In this document: piece after piece, positions 18,507 to 27,854 of the stretch
Layout of the letters: each line of letters opens with the position of its first letter
Position numbering within the stretch: position 1 is the first letter of the stretch
DNA from: an uncultured Pseudomonadales bacterium
GTDB lineage: Bacteria > Patescibacteriota > Microgenomatia > UBA1400 > MFAQ01
Assembly (NCBI GenBank): GCA_964528565.1
Contig: CAZGSP010000039.1
Location: forward strand, 10,411 to 74,410
Length of the DNA stretch: 64,000 nucleotides
Direction of reading: 5' to 3'
The notes under the pieces: generated by a model
The model's input: the letters and a program-made list of their open reading frames with translations, nothing else
Told to the model about the DNA's origin: nothing
Databases searched by the model: none
Program-made: the position numbers and the translations under genes

Positions 18507-20342
18507 TCATCCATGTTGAGATAGCCAGTAGTTGACGGCGAATATTCTTAGTAATTTGAATTGGTTGTCTTGAAGACCACCCATGTGGTCACCGTATAGC
18601 TTGTTAACGTATTTTTGATTGAATACATTATTTTTTTGATGAAGATAATAAGAAAAAGTTTCCTTTAGTTCTTTCTTTATCCATTTATCCAATGGTACCC
18701 CAAATCCCCTCTTGGGTCGGTAGATGAATTCCTTGGGATAGAATCTTTCAGCCAATTTCTTGGTTAGATATTTGGTGACACCATCTTTAATTTTCCAGTT
18801 TCCGCCTAAGGAGAATGCGTATTCGGCCAGGTCAGTGTCCAAAAACGGATTTCTCATCTCGACCGAAGCGGCCATACAAGCCCGGTCTCCTTTCACCAAA
18901 TACCAGTCAGGTAACTGAATCCGGCAATCCAAGTAAAGGCTTTTGTTAACTATGTCATTCTGTTCAAACTCGGTCTCAGCCAAATAGGCCTCCGAAAAGA
19001 CCTCTGCCACAGACAGTTTGTGATTAAACAATTGTTCGGCTTCTTCTCTCATAAAACTGCCGCTGCCGAAAATGAACTGCCTTTCGGGAAATTGGTATTG
19101 ATAGCCAGATAATAGTTTGTTGATATTTGGGCTGATTGACATGCGACCCAGCAAATATGCAAGTGGTTTGAGATACTTAGTTCTTTCGATCAAGGACTGT
19201 GCCCTGTATTTTTCGTATCCTCCGAAGATCTCATCCCCACCGTCGCCGCTCAGGACCACCGTCATATCCTTCTTGGCCTGTTTAGCTACAAAGTACAGCG
19301 GTACGACGGCAGCATCCGCCAAAGGCTCATCTAGATAATCCATGATCTCTAAGAAAGTTGCCTGAACATCTTTTCCACTGAATTCACACAGATGATAATC
19401 TAAATCGTATTGGTCGACCACTTGCCTCACATGTTTTGATTCATCTGCCTCCGGGGTGTCTTTGTAGCTTACCGTGTAGGTACAGATATTTGAGGCATGT
19501 TTGGACATATAATGGGCAATCAGACTACTGTCGATGCCTCCACTTAAGAACAAACCCAACGGGACATCAGACATCAATCTCTTTTCCACAGCACTGTCCA
19601 GAAGCCGATCAATCTTGTTAACTATTTCAGTTTCACCCAGTTGGCCGACAGTTTTGATTTGACCAAGATCCCAATATCTTTTTTTGTTGGTTAGTTTCCA
19701 GTTTCTTATATCAAATTGTATGGTGGTAGCAGCCTCAAGTTTAAAAATGTTTTTATAGATAGTTTCCGGGGAAGGAATATATCCATAAAAAATAAATTTT
19801 TCGATGGCCTGATAGTTTATAGACACTTTCTTACTAATTTGAGGATTCGAGACGATTGCTTTCAACTCTGAGGCGAAGCAGAAGGTACTATCATCGAGAT
19901 AATAATAGAGAGGTTTCTTGCCAAATCTGTCCCTGCCTAGAGTAATTAGGTCCTTCGTTTGATCGTACAATCCGAATGCAAACATACCGTCAATACGCTT
20001 GACGATTTCTTGCCCATATTCTTCGTAACCATGGATTATAGATTCGGTGTCAGAGACGCTATTCCACGTGTGTTTTCTTTTTAGCGACTTCTTTACATGT
20101 AAGAAATTGTAGATTTCGCCATTGAAAACTATGGCAATCGTTTTGTCTTCATTGAACATGGGTTGTCTGCCATTTTCAGATAGATCGACGATTGATAACC
20201 TGGTTTGCCCCAGAGCAATATTACGGGAAAAGTATTGACCTTTCTGGTCCGGACCACGTCTACCGAGAGACGAGAGCATTTTCTCAAAAACATGAGGATC
20301 TACTTTGTTCTTATTGTTAACTTGTCCAACAATTCCGCACAT
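18507..20342 (-). CDS. asnB: Asparagine synthase (glutamine-hydrolysing) family amidotransferase, probably a glycan amidotransferase
   Basis: MCGI N-terminal nucleophile, RGPD, RLSIVDL, NGEIYN, LSGGIDSS, SGDGGDE and EMRNPFLD motifs. Confidence 0.93.
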   Translation of the reverse strand: MCGIVGQVNNKNKVDPHVFEKMLSSLGRRGPDQKGQYFSRNIALGQTRLSIVDLSENGRQPMFNEDKTIAIVFNGEIYNFLHVKKSLKRKHTWNSVSDTESIIHGYEEYGQEIVKRIDGMFAFGLYDQTKDLITLGRDRFGKKPLYYYLDDSTFCFASELKAIVSNPQISKKVSINYQAIEKFIFYGYIPSPETIYKNIFKLEAATTIQFDIRNWKLTNKKRYWDLGQIKTVGQLGETEIVNKIDRLLDSAVEKRLMSDVPLGLFLSGGIDSSLIAHYMSKHASNICTYTVSYKDTPEADESKHVRQVVDQYDLDYHLCEFSGKDVQATFLEIMDYLDEPLADAAVVPLYFVAKQAKKDMTVVLSGDGGDEIFGGYEKYRAQSLIERTKYLKPLAYLLGRMSISPNINKLLSGYQYQFPERQFIFGSGSFMREEAEQLFNHKLSVAEVFSEAYLAETEFEQNDIVNKSLYLDCRIQLPDWYLVKGDRACMAASVEMRNPFLDTDLAEYAFSLGGNWKIKDGVTKYLTKKLAERFYPKEFIYRPKRGFGVPLDKWIKKELKETFSYYLHQKNNVFNQKYVNKLYGDHMGGLQDNQFKLLRIFAVNYWLSQHG

Positions 20343-20350
20343 ATTTTTGT

Positions 20351-21265
20351 TTATTCGTGAAACGACCAGTTTAATTTACCGGTTATTAAATACGTTATTC
20401 CATCGAGAAAACCAAGCCAGTAAAGTTTGATCAAACTGAAATTTAGTTTTTTAAGAACCAGAAGCGAGTAGACTACCGGCCAGAACCAAGAAAAAATGAT
20501 TAGATAAACAGCCTTTTGCGTCAAACTTCCATACCTGGAAACTATCACGGTCCGATTCCTCATCAGACAGTAGGCCTTTTGTCTAAACATTCCACCCAGG
20601 CTCCTGGGTTTGAAATTATCCTCTTTACTGGTTTGATGATATGTTTTGGCGCTTTTGAGAATGACACAGCCAATACCGTGTTTCTTGGCATTGAGAGCGA
20701 AGTCCGGCTCAGTAAACGTTTGAACCAGTTGTTCATCAAAGTATCCGCATTTTTCGAATACGGATTTTTTAATTAAAAATACATTTGGCACTCCATCGGA
20801 GTTGCAGGTATGACTTCTGGTGTTGTCGACATGACCGGTTGTTTTGCCGGTATAGAAATTTATCTTTTGAAAATCCAGATACTTTTCGCCGTTTGAATAG
20901 TACATCGATGGTCCGATAATGCCGATCTTAGGATGTTCGTTGGCAAATCCAACTAAATTCTTTATCATTTCTCTATCCACAATATTATCGTCATCAACAA
21001 AGAGAATCAGCTCACCTTTGGCTTTCTTAGCGCCTTCATTGCGACTTTTGACCATCATATACTGTTCACGATTGTGGACGATGGTGCCGGGAATGGAAAA
21101 TTGTTTTAATGTAGCACCAGAAATGCTCCTGGTTTTGTCCGAAGAAAAATCGTCGACTATGATCAGTTCAGTTTGAGTGGGTAGTGAGGACAGGGATAAT
21201 GATTTTACACACCGTATTAGATCTTCATAGCGATTCCTGGTAGTGATGACAATGCTGAGTGTCAT
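20351..21265 (-). CDS. GT2 glycosyltransferase
   Basis: LSIVITTRNR, VDDFSSD, SRNEGA, FVDDD and GYFDE motifs. Confidence 0.9.
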   Translation of the reverse strand: MTLSIVITTRNRYEDLIRCVKSLSLSSLPTQTELIIVDDFSSDKTRSISGATLKQFSIPGTIVHNREQYMMVKSRNEGAKKAKGELILFVDDDNIVDREMIKNLVGFANEHPKIGIIGPSMYYSNGEKYLDFQKINFYTGKTTGHVDNTRSHTCNSDGVPNVFLIKKSVFEKCGYFDEQLVQTFTEPDFALNAKKHGIGCVILKSAKTYHQTSKEDNFKPRSLGGMFRQKAYCLMRNRTVIVSRYGSLTQKAVYLIIFSWFWPVVYSLLVLKKLNFSLIKLYWLGFLDGITYLITGKLNWSFHE

Positions 21266-22194
21266 TTGGTAGCAATTACCTTGACCATCGGCCAGAACAA
21301 ACGGCTGTTTTCTGCCAGCCAGATAAAGATTGGCCTTATTTGTTTTGGTAAAAATGAGAACTGAAGGGCAATTTTGAACCTGTCGACTGTCACTTTTTTG
21401 AATCCAACGGCTCTATGAACCTTAACCAAGGTAGACGCCAAAAAAGACATCTCGTATCCAAATATCATATGAGTGCCCTTGAGTACTTTGATATGAATAA
21501 ACTCGGCTAGTTGCTTTAGAACCGGAACATTGGGTATATTGCCCCACAGTTGTCGATAGGTCAATGACGCCAAGTTCAGGTACGGGACGGTGTTAATGGC
21601 AAGACCACGAGGTTTTAAGACCCGATACATTTCTTGAACCGATCCCTTGGTGTCTTTGAAATGCTCGATCACTCCACCTCCGTAAATTACGTCTATCGAA
21701 TTATTTTTGATGGGTAAATGCAGGATGTTTCCCTGAATTAGAATAAAATTTTTGATTTTCCGGTCGGAAAGCATTTTTTCGGCAATCTGAAGCGCAGAGA
21801 GACTGAGATCGATGCCAACAATTTGTTTATAGAGTGGAGCAAGTTCCTGGCCAAGAAAAAAATTTCCGCAGCCTATTTCAAGATAAATGTGGTTTTTTTG
21901 GTTATGCAGGTCGAGCGGGAACACATTAAGGACATCCTTTAAATAGTGTCTTTGGTAATAACGGTGTTCGGCCTTGTATTTTTTTTCTGTGTTTTGTCCC
22001 TTATAAAAGTCGTCCCACTTTTCTGAAGATAGAATTAAATCTTGACTTAATGTATCGGCGAAGGAGTAAATGTTTCCTATTTTTTTACCCAAAACTGACC
22101 CACATTTGTCACAAACAATGTGCAATTTGTTATTGATATTGACATATCCATGACACAATGGGCAACTTAAAATCTCCTTAATAGGTGCGGACAT
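21262..22194 (-). CDS. Class I SAM-dependent methyltransferase with N-terminal Zn ribbon
   Basis: CPLC...CDKC at the N-terminus; LEIGCG, GIDLS, VIEHF and RVLKPRG motifs. Confidence 0.88.
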   Translation of the reverse strand: MSAPIKEILSCPLCHGYVNINNKLHIVCDKCGSVLGKKIGNIYSFADTLSQDLILSSEKWDDFYKGQNTEKKYKAEHRYYQRHYLKDVLNVFPLDLHNQKNHIYLEIGCGNFFLGQELAPLYKQIVGIDLSLSALQIAEKMLSDRKIKNFILIQGNILHLPIKNNSIDVIYGGGVIEHFKDTKGSVQEMYRVLKPRGLAINTVPYLNLASLTYRQLWGNIPNVPVLKQLAEFIHIKVLKGTHMIFGYEMSFLASTLVKVHRAVGFKKVTVDRFKIALQFSFLPKQIRPIFIWLAENSRLFWPMVKVIATK

Positions 22195-22894
22195 CTTTAA
22201 AAATCGAGTTTAAGCCGTTGTTAATAACTAATTTGTATTCCTGTGAAACTAAGAGCTTTTTAATTTCTGAATTTTCATTTGTATTGTTTTGTGTTACATT
22301 TTCGACACAAATTACTTCCGGCCTGTATTTTTCCCAGTCGTTGCTCTTCAGTATGATCACATCATAACCCTCGGTATCTATCGTCAGAAAATCAATGTTT
22401 CTGACGTTGAACTTTTTAAGTAAATTTTTCAGAGGCAATGTGTCGATTTTCTTGATGGATTCAATATCAAAACCCTGTTTAACATAGTTGTCAGCTTCCT
22501 TTTTCGAAAAAGTCGAGAGAGTGTCGGTGTGGAAATTATAAAAAGATAGTTTTTCTTTGGTGTCGCTAATGCCTACGTTAATGTTCGTATCTTCAGGCCT
22601 TATCCTTTTTAATCTTTCAAACTTCTTGGTATTTGGCTCAACATTAATTCCCCTCCACCCTTTGAGATAAAATCTGTAAGTGTTATTAAATCTAACAGGG
22701 TCGTTAGCCCCAATGTCAACGAAGAAGCCTTTGGTTTTATATCCGTGCAGTTTATCGACAATTAGATCTTCTTGCTGTTGACTGTATGAACCGAGTACGA
22801 ATCTGTAAAAGACGATATATTTTATTTCGCTAATCAGGTACCGGAAGCTCTTTAGCAGACCATAATTAATAATCTTTTTAATTGTGTTTTTCAT
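22178..22894 (-). CDS. FkbM family methyltransferase
   Basis: YSQQQED, FVDIGANDP..FNNT, GWRGINVEPN, IDTEGYD and RPEVICVE motifs. Confidence 0.9.
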   Translation of the reverse strand: MKNTIKKIINYGLLKSFRYLISEIKYIVFYRFVLGSYSQQQEDLIVDKLHGYKTKGFFVDIGANDPVRFNNTYRFYLKGWRGINVEPNTKKFERLKRIRPEDTNINVGISDTKEKLSFYNFHTDTLSTFSKKEADNYVKQGFDIESIKKIDTLPLKNLLKKFNVRNIDFLTIDTEGYDVIILKSNDWEKYRPEVICVENVTQNNTNENSEIKKLLVSQEYKLVINNGLNSIFKDVRTY

Positions 22895-24032
22895 TTAGCG
22901 CTTGTGGGAATATCTGTCTCCAGGAGAGTGATTTGGCGTATGTAATTGTGTTTTGGCTTAAACTTTTTAACTTTGTTTTATCTATTAGAATATCAACAAT
23001 ATCTTTACTCAAGTCGTTTCTTATTATAGCTCCACAACTGTTGTTTTCTATCTCTTTTGCATTATACGGAACGTCCGATACAAGTACGGGTAAACCACAG
23101 GCCATATAGAGCTTTAACTTGGCCGGATCGGCAAAATATGTAAAGGAGAGGTGTCCTTTGTCGTCGTACTTTTCGTAGGGTGCGATGGCTAGAGAGTACT
23201 GCGGGAGTTGAGCCTCAATATCTTTGTGATCTTTAATATACCCTTTGAACTCTACAAATTTGGATACATTTAGATTAACGGAGAGATCCTTTAGGGTATC
23301 CAGGTAGTCTCCCCCGCCAAAGACAACAAACTTGAAGTTGGGTATTTTTTTGATTATTGTTGGGATCACTTCTATGACGTCTTGAATTCCTTGCTTCTTG
23401 GTGATGTGGCCCATGAAAACGAGTGAATTAGGAATTTTAGTAACATTCTGATTGATGCGTTCGGTCCAAACACCGACCGGTACAACTTTCTGATGCCCAC
23501 CCGTGAAACCAAAGTATTTCCTCCTCCCCCATTCCATACGAGGTGAGAGATTCCAGGTTTCATCGGCGTGTCTGACACAGAACTGATCTATTTGATGGTA
23601 GATGTAGTTTAGGGCTTTGTTCTCGAAACGGTAGGGGTTGTAGTCAATGACATAATAAATAACCTTCTTTACATGTCCCCGCTTTTTAAGAAATATGCCG
23701 GATAAAGCATTGAGATTGTCGCTACCCACGAACAAATCCCATTTTCTCCCCGTCTGTCCTACCCACTTTATGGTTAGCCAAATATCTTTTAAGTAGGAAA
23801 AAATTGCCGGTGTCTTCTTGATAGGTGCATAGTTTTCTTCCGTAAGCTTACCATTCCGGTATCTTTCACAGCCTGACCCCTTGAGTTTCATGTCAAAAAA
23901 TAGTGGGTGGCCGATAAACAAAAGATTCTCTATAGTCTCTCCGTTAAGGTAGTCCTTCAGATCCTGGGCCGGACCTGTTGTATAGACGTGTGTGGCTATA
24001 ACTACGGAAGCTAAGGTAAGTTTTCTGTTCAC
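22878..24032 (-). CDS. GT4 glycosyltransferase
   Basis: VFMGHITKKQG, FGGGDY and PAKLKLYMACGLPVLVS motifs. Confidence 0.88.
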   Translation of the reverse strand: MNRKLTLASVVIATHVYTTGPAQDLKDYLNGETIENLLFIGHPLFFDMKLKGSGCERYRNGKLTEENYAPIKKTPAIFSYLKDIWLTIKWVGQTGRKWDLFVGSDNLNALSGIFLKKRGHVKKVIYYVIDYNPYRFENKALNYIYHQIDQFCVRHADETWNLSPRMEWGRRKYFGFTGGHQKVVPVGVWTERINQNVTKIPNSLVFMGHITKKQGIQDVIEVIPTIIKKIPNFKFVVFGGGDYLDTLKDLSVNLNVSKFVEFKGYIKDHKDIEAQLPQYSLAIAPYEKYDDKGHLSFTYFADPAKLKLYMACGLPVLVSDVPYNAKEIENNSCGAIIRNDLSKDIVDILIDKTKLKSLSQNTITYAKSLSWRQIFPQALNEKHN

Positions 24033-24044
24033 GGTTGTTGGATC

Positions 24045-24980
24045 TTAGTTCTTGAAGTTGTTTAGGAACCAATCGTATTCTATACCGATTCCCTTTTCCT
24101 GTTCCATTTGAGGTTTCCAACCAAGCGAGAGAAGTTTAGAAACATCTAACAATTTTTTGGGGGTGCCGTCCGGTTTGGTTGAATCCCAAACTATTTTTCC
24201 TTTGAAACCGACGATTTTTTTGATAATTTGGGCAAGCTCTTTAATTTTGAGATCCACTCCGGTGCCAATGTTAATGATTTCTGAGCTATCATAATGCTCC
24301 ATAAGATAGACACAAGCGTCGGCCATATCATCGACGTAAAGAAATTCTCGATAGACGTTTCCCGTTCCCCACAAGACGACCTCTTTTTTATGCCCAATTT
24401 TGGCATCATGGAATTTACGAATTAAGGCAGGAAGGACGTGAGAGCTATCTAAATCAAAGTTGTCATGTGGTCCGTAAAGATTCGTAGGCATGACAGAAAT
24501 GAAATTAGTTCCATATTGCTCGTTGTAGCTTTGGCACATCTTGATACCTGCAATTTTGGCAATGGCATAAGCGTCGTTTGTCTCCTCTAGAGGGCCGGTC
24601 AATAAATATTCCTCTTTGATCGGCTGTGGAGCTAATTTTGGATAGATACAGGAACTTCCCAAGAACATCAGTTTTTTCACTTTATATTCCCAAGCGGAAT
24701 GGATTACATTATTCTGAATTTGAAGATTGTTATATATAAAATCTGCTTTTTTGGTTTTGTTTGCCATAATCCCCCCCACCAAAGCGGCTGCCAGAAATAC
24801 ATACTCAGGTTTTTCCTTTTTGAAGAACAACTCCACCTGTTCCGGCTTTTCTAAATCCAGTTCCGATCTTGTTTTGGTAATAATATTTGTATAACCCCGT
24901 CGCTTAAGGGATCGGACGATTGCCGTTCCCACCAATCCACTCTGGCCGCCGGCTACATAGATTTTTGCATTCTTGTTCAT
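24045..24980 (-). CDS. fcl: GDP-L-fucose synthase
   Basis: GLVGTA, LAAALVGGI, LGSSCIYPK, YAIAK, MPTNLYGP, SHVLPALIRK, WGTG..YREFLYVDD and KPDGTP motifs. The ATG at 24980 overlaps the upstream stop (TAATG). Confidence 0.95.
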   Translation of the reverse strand: MNKNAKIYVAGGQSGLVGTAIVRSLKRRGYTNIITKTRSELDLEKPEQVELFFKKEKPEYVFLAAALVGGIMANKTKKADFIYNNLQIQNNVIHSAWEYKVKKLMFLGSSCIYPKLAPQPIKEEYLLTGPLEETNDAYAIAKIAGIKMCQSYNEQYGTNFISVMPTNLYGPHDNFDLDSSHVLPALIRKFHDAKIGHKKEVVLWGTGNVYREFLYVDDMADACVYLMEHYDSSEIINIGTGVDLKIKELAQIIKKIVGFKGKIVWDSTKPDGTPKKLLDVSKLLSLGWKPQMEQEKGIGIEYDWFLNNFKN

Positions 24981-25999
24981 TATTGTTTCCAATTATTACG
25001 ATTTGATTCAGCCGGAATAATTTTACCTCTTACCCACCCATAAATATATATAAATAGGGTAGCGTAACAGGCAATGGGGTGGAAGAACCACGCCAGGTCG
25101 GGTTTTCTAATGTACCCGATGACCATCTGGTAAAGTATGGGAAAAATCAGAATGCAAGAAAAGACGAACTTAAGAATACCTGTCATAAACGAACCTTCCC
25201 AATCGACATCCCTATTCTTCTTGGCTTTGTGAAAGGACATATCGTTGATCCTTCGGAGTTGTTTACGGAAAAACTTGGCGACGTCGTTTTCGACGAAGGT
25301 GTGAATGATGCCGGCCTCTACTTTGGCAATTTTGACGGCACCTTCCGAGCGGATGAGTTTTAGAAGAATATCGATGTCAAATAAATAATCTGAGTGCTTG
25401 GTGGCTTTTTGGAGATATTCTTTTCGAAAAATAGTGCCATTTGCACCGATAGTTGGTATTGGCTCGTGATCGAGGGTTACTTCCAGATAGCCACTTTTCT
25501 GTGCCTCAGGAAATTTAAGATCAGTCCAACGATTGGTAATATACGAAAAACGATCGTAGTTCCCAATGAAGAGACAAATTGGGTCGTTCATGCCCAATAA
25601 GGCAAAATAGCGTGTAAGGAGTGGATCTTGCCGGCGGTAGGTATAGCGAATTGGTTCGGAGACAATAATGCTCTGGTCGGTAAAAGGTTGCACCATATCG
25701 GAGAGCCAATGATTGTTGGGGAGAATATTGTCGGAATCGATAAGTGCTATCAGGTCGCCTTTGGCGGCTTTGACGGCCACAGCTTTTCCCGATTCGCCGG
25801 TTCTAAGTTTGTTTGGGATAACGGTCGCACGGTACTTTTTGGCTAAACTAACAGTATTGTCTGTCGACCCTCCGTCCCCTATCAGAATTTCTATTTTCGT
25901 TTTCGGATATTTTTGAATGGATATAGACCTCAGACACTTTTCCAGGACCATTCCGGAGTTGAGAGTAGGGATGACAATTGATATTGATGGCTGGTTCAT
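24980..25999 (-). CDS. GT2 glycosyltransferase with C-terminal TM helices
   Basis: SIVIPTLNS, DGGSTD, IDSDN and GANG motifs. Confidence 0.88.
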   Translation of the reverse strand: MNQPSISIVIPTLNSGMVLEKCLRSISIQKYPKTKIEILIGDGGSTDNTVSLAKKYRATVIPNKLRTGESGKAVAVKAAKGDLIALIDSDNILPNNHWLSDMVQPFTDQSIIVSEPIRYTYRRQDPLLTRYFALLGMNDPICLFIGNYDRFSYITNRWTDLKFPEAQKSGYLEVTLDHEPIPTIGANGTIFRKEYLQKATKHSDYLFDIDILLKLIRSEGAVKIAKVEAGIIHTFVENDVAKFFRKQLRRINDMSFHKAKKNRDVDWEGSFMTGILKFVFSCILIFPILYQMVIGYIRKPDLAWFFHPIACYATLFIYIYGWVRGKIIPAESNRNNWKQ

Positions 26000-26001
26000 G
26001 T

Positions 26002-27573
26002 TTAACTACTCAGGACATCTCCGTGTTGGCCAAGCTGTTTGGGTGAAAAGTCCATCATGTGACCGAGAAAGCGCCAGCCGGCCATGAAAAGGAATTTTAT
26101 ATCATCTAGATTTCTGATCTCGGTGATTTTTCTCATCATAAATTTTGGACTGAGAAAAGATTTATAGAGGTCTTGGGTTAGTTCCAACACCTGTTTCTCG
26201 GTAAGTGAAGATTTCATCACTGGCTTGCGCATGTCGTAGTCGTCGTAGTCTTCGGACAGAAGCCAGCCTTCTTTCTTGCATTCTTTCCATAGTGGAGTAC
26301 CGGGATAAGGAATTACTACAGTGGCTTGAAGTGTATCCACATAACCTTTTTCAAAACATTTCTTGGCCAGGTCAACAGTATTCCTGGCGTCCTCATATGT
26401 TTCCCAAGGGTACCCCATCATTATAGTAAGGTGAGGGTCTAGTCCACCCTTCTTGGCCATACGCACTCCCTCCTCTATTTGTTCGACCTTCAATCCCTTA
26501 TCCAAATGATCAAGGGTGTATTGGTTGGCGGATTCCATACCGTAAAGAATGAAACGGAAATTGGCCTTGCCCATAAGATCGTAATGCTCTTGCTTTAGGG
26601 CATTGAGACGCATATTGCAGCCGTAGACCACTTTCTTACTGTAGCCGGATTCAATCATCATGTTGCAAAAATCCATTAGAGGTTTGCCGATCATAAAAGT
26701 GCCGGCGTCATCAAAGATTTCTTTGACGTGATACTTGTCCACCACATATTTGACTTCATCAAATAATCTTTGTGGGGTAAACCTGCGGTATGAACCAACC
26801 GGGTTGATGGTGTGATCCCAAACACAGAAAGTGCAACGATTCCACCAACAGTCGCGACCGGAGTACATATAGGTAGCGGGGGTGTACTTGTAATTGCCGT
26901 TGTAAACAGAATAGAGTTCCCACTTGGTCAGGTTGCGGTCGACGAACGGAAGTTCGTTTAGATCGTGAGCGATGCTGGGTTTGCCGGAATTAGCATAGGC
27001 GGCTTTGCCTTTTCTCTTAATGGTTTCTGCCGGTTTTTGTTTGATCTTCTTGTCCCCCACTCTCCACCAGATACCGCCTTCCAGCTCCGTCCCCATGGTG
27101 AGGTGATCAAGCAGATTAACAATACCGAAATCATAATCGCCGCCGGTGATGAGGTAATCGACCTTGCTGTTATCCATCATTTCTTCAGGGGCAAAGGTAA
27201 CATGGTCCCCCACCCAGACCAAAAGTAATTTAGGGAGTTCTTTCTTGAGGATCCGGGTCAGAGCCCAGTGTTTTTTGACGATCGGAGACTTGGTTTCGAC
27301 CATGAGGATGTCCGGTTGGAATCTCTTCAGCTCCTTGAGCCACTGCTCAAATGTCTGCTCTTCGGCGATACCGTCCATCCATTTCACTTTGTAACCATGC
27401 GTCTTAGCATTTGAGGCCGCGTAGGCCGGAACCATAGGGTAGATGTAGGTCTTGGCGTTGAAATATTGGAACTGGCGGTTTTGAGACAAGAGCATGACTC
27501 CCTTGTCCGAGGGCATGGGTGGATAGCCGACGACTAAGCGTAATTGTTTTGATTTTGGGGATTTTTTTAACAT
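26002..27573 (-). CDS. B12-binding radical SAM protein (HpnJ-like N-terminus)
   Basis: YPMVPAYAAS, GDHVT, GRDCWWNRCTFC (CX4CX2C variant), YGMESAN, MGYPWET and PYPGTPL motifs. The start is likely the ATG at 27573, not 27645, which would overlap the ferredoxin. Confidence 0.88.
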   Translation of the reverse strand: MLKKSPKSKQLRLVVGYPPMPSDKGVMLLSQNRQFQYFNAKTYIYPMVPAYAASNAKTHGYKVKWMDGIAEEQTFEQWLKELKRFQPDILMVETKSPIVKKHWALTRILKKELPKLLLVWVGDHVTFAPEEMMDNSKVDYLITGGDYDFGIVNLLDHLTMGTELEGGIWWRVGDKKIKQKPAETIKRKGKAAYANSGKPSIAHDLNELPFVDRNLTKWELYSVYNGNYKYTPATYMYSGRDCWWNRCTFCVWDHTINPVGSYRRFTPQRLFDEVKYVVDKYHVKEIFDDAGTFMIGKPLMDFCNMMIESGYSKKVVYGCNMRLNALKQEHYDLMGKANFRFILYGMESANQYTLDHLDKGLKVEQIEEGVRMAKKGGLDPHLTIMMGYPWETYEDARNTVDLAKKCFEKGYVDTLQATVVIPYPGTPLWKECKKEGWLLSEDYDDYDMRKPVMKSSLTEKQVLELTQDLYKSFLSPKFMMRKITEIRNLDDIKFLFMAGWRFLGHMMDFSPKQLGQHGDVLSS

Positions 27574-27587
27574 TTGAGTTGGTTTAT

Positions 27588-27854
27588 CTAGGGGAAGATT
27601 TGCTTCCCGTTTTGGTCTTTTATAAATATAGCAAGAATGGGACACGATCTGGCGGCTTCTTTTACTTTCTCAAGAGAATCGCCATCCGGATCAATGATAA
27701 TGGCCTTGCCGTCCGAATCTCTTAGATAAAAGGTCAATGGAGCGGCAATAGAACATGGACCGGCCGATATGCATTTATTAAGATCTACCGTTATGGTATA
27801 GCCATCCTTACGAGTAGCCTCACTTTTATCTTCGGTGGTATTAACTTGGACCAT
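27588..27854 (-). CDS. Single-cluster ferredoxin (probably [3Fe-4S])
   Basis: VDLNKCISAGPCSIAAP..F and EAARSCPILAI: CxxAxxC...CP. Confidence 0.88.
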   Translation of the reverse strand: MVQVNTTEDKSEATRKDGYTITVDLNKCISAGPCSIAAPLTFYLRDSDGKAIIIDPDGDSLEKVKEAARSCPILAIFIKDQNGKQIFP

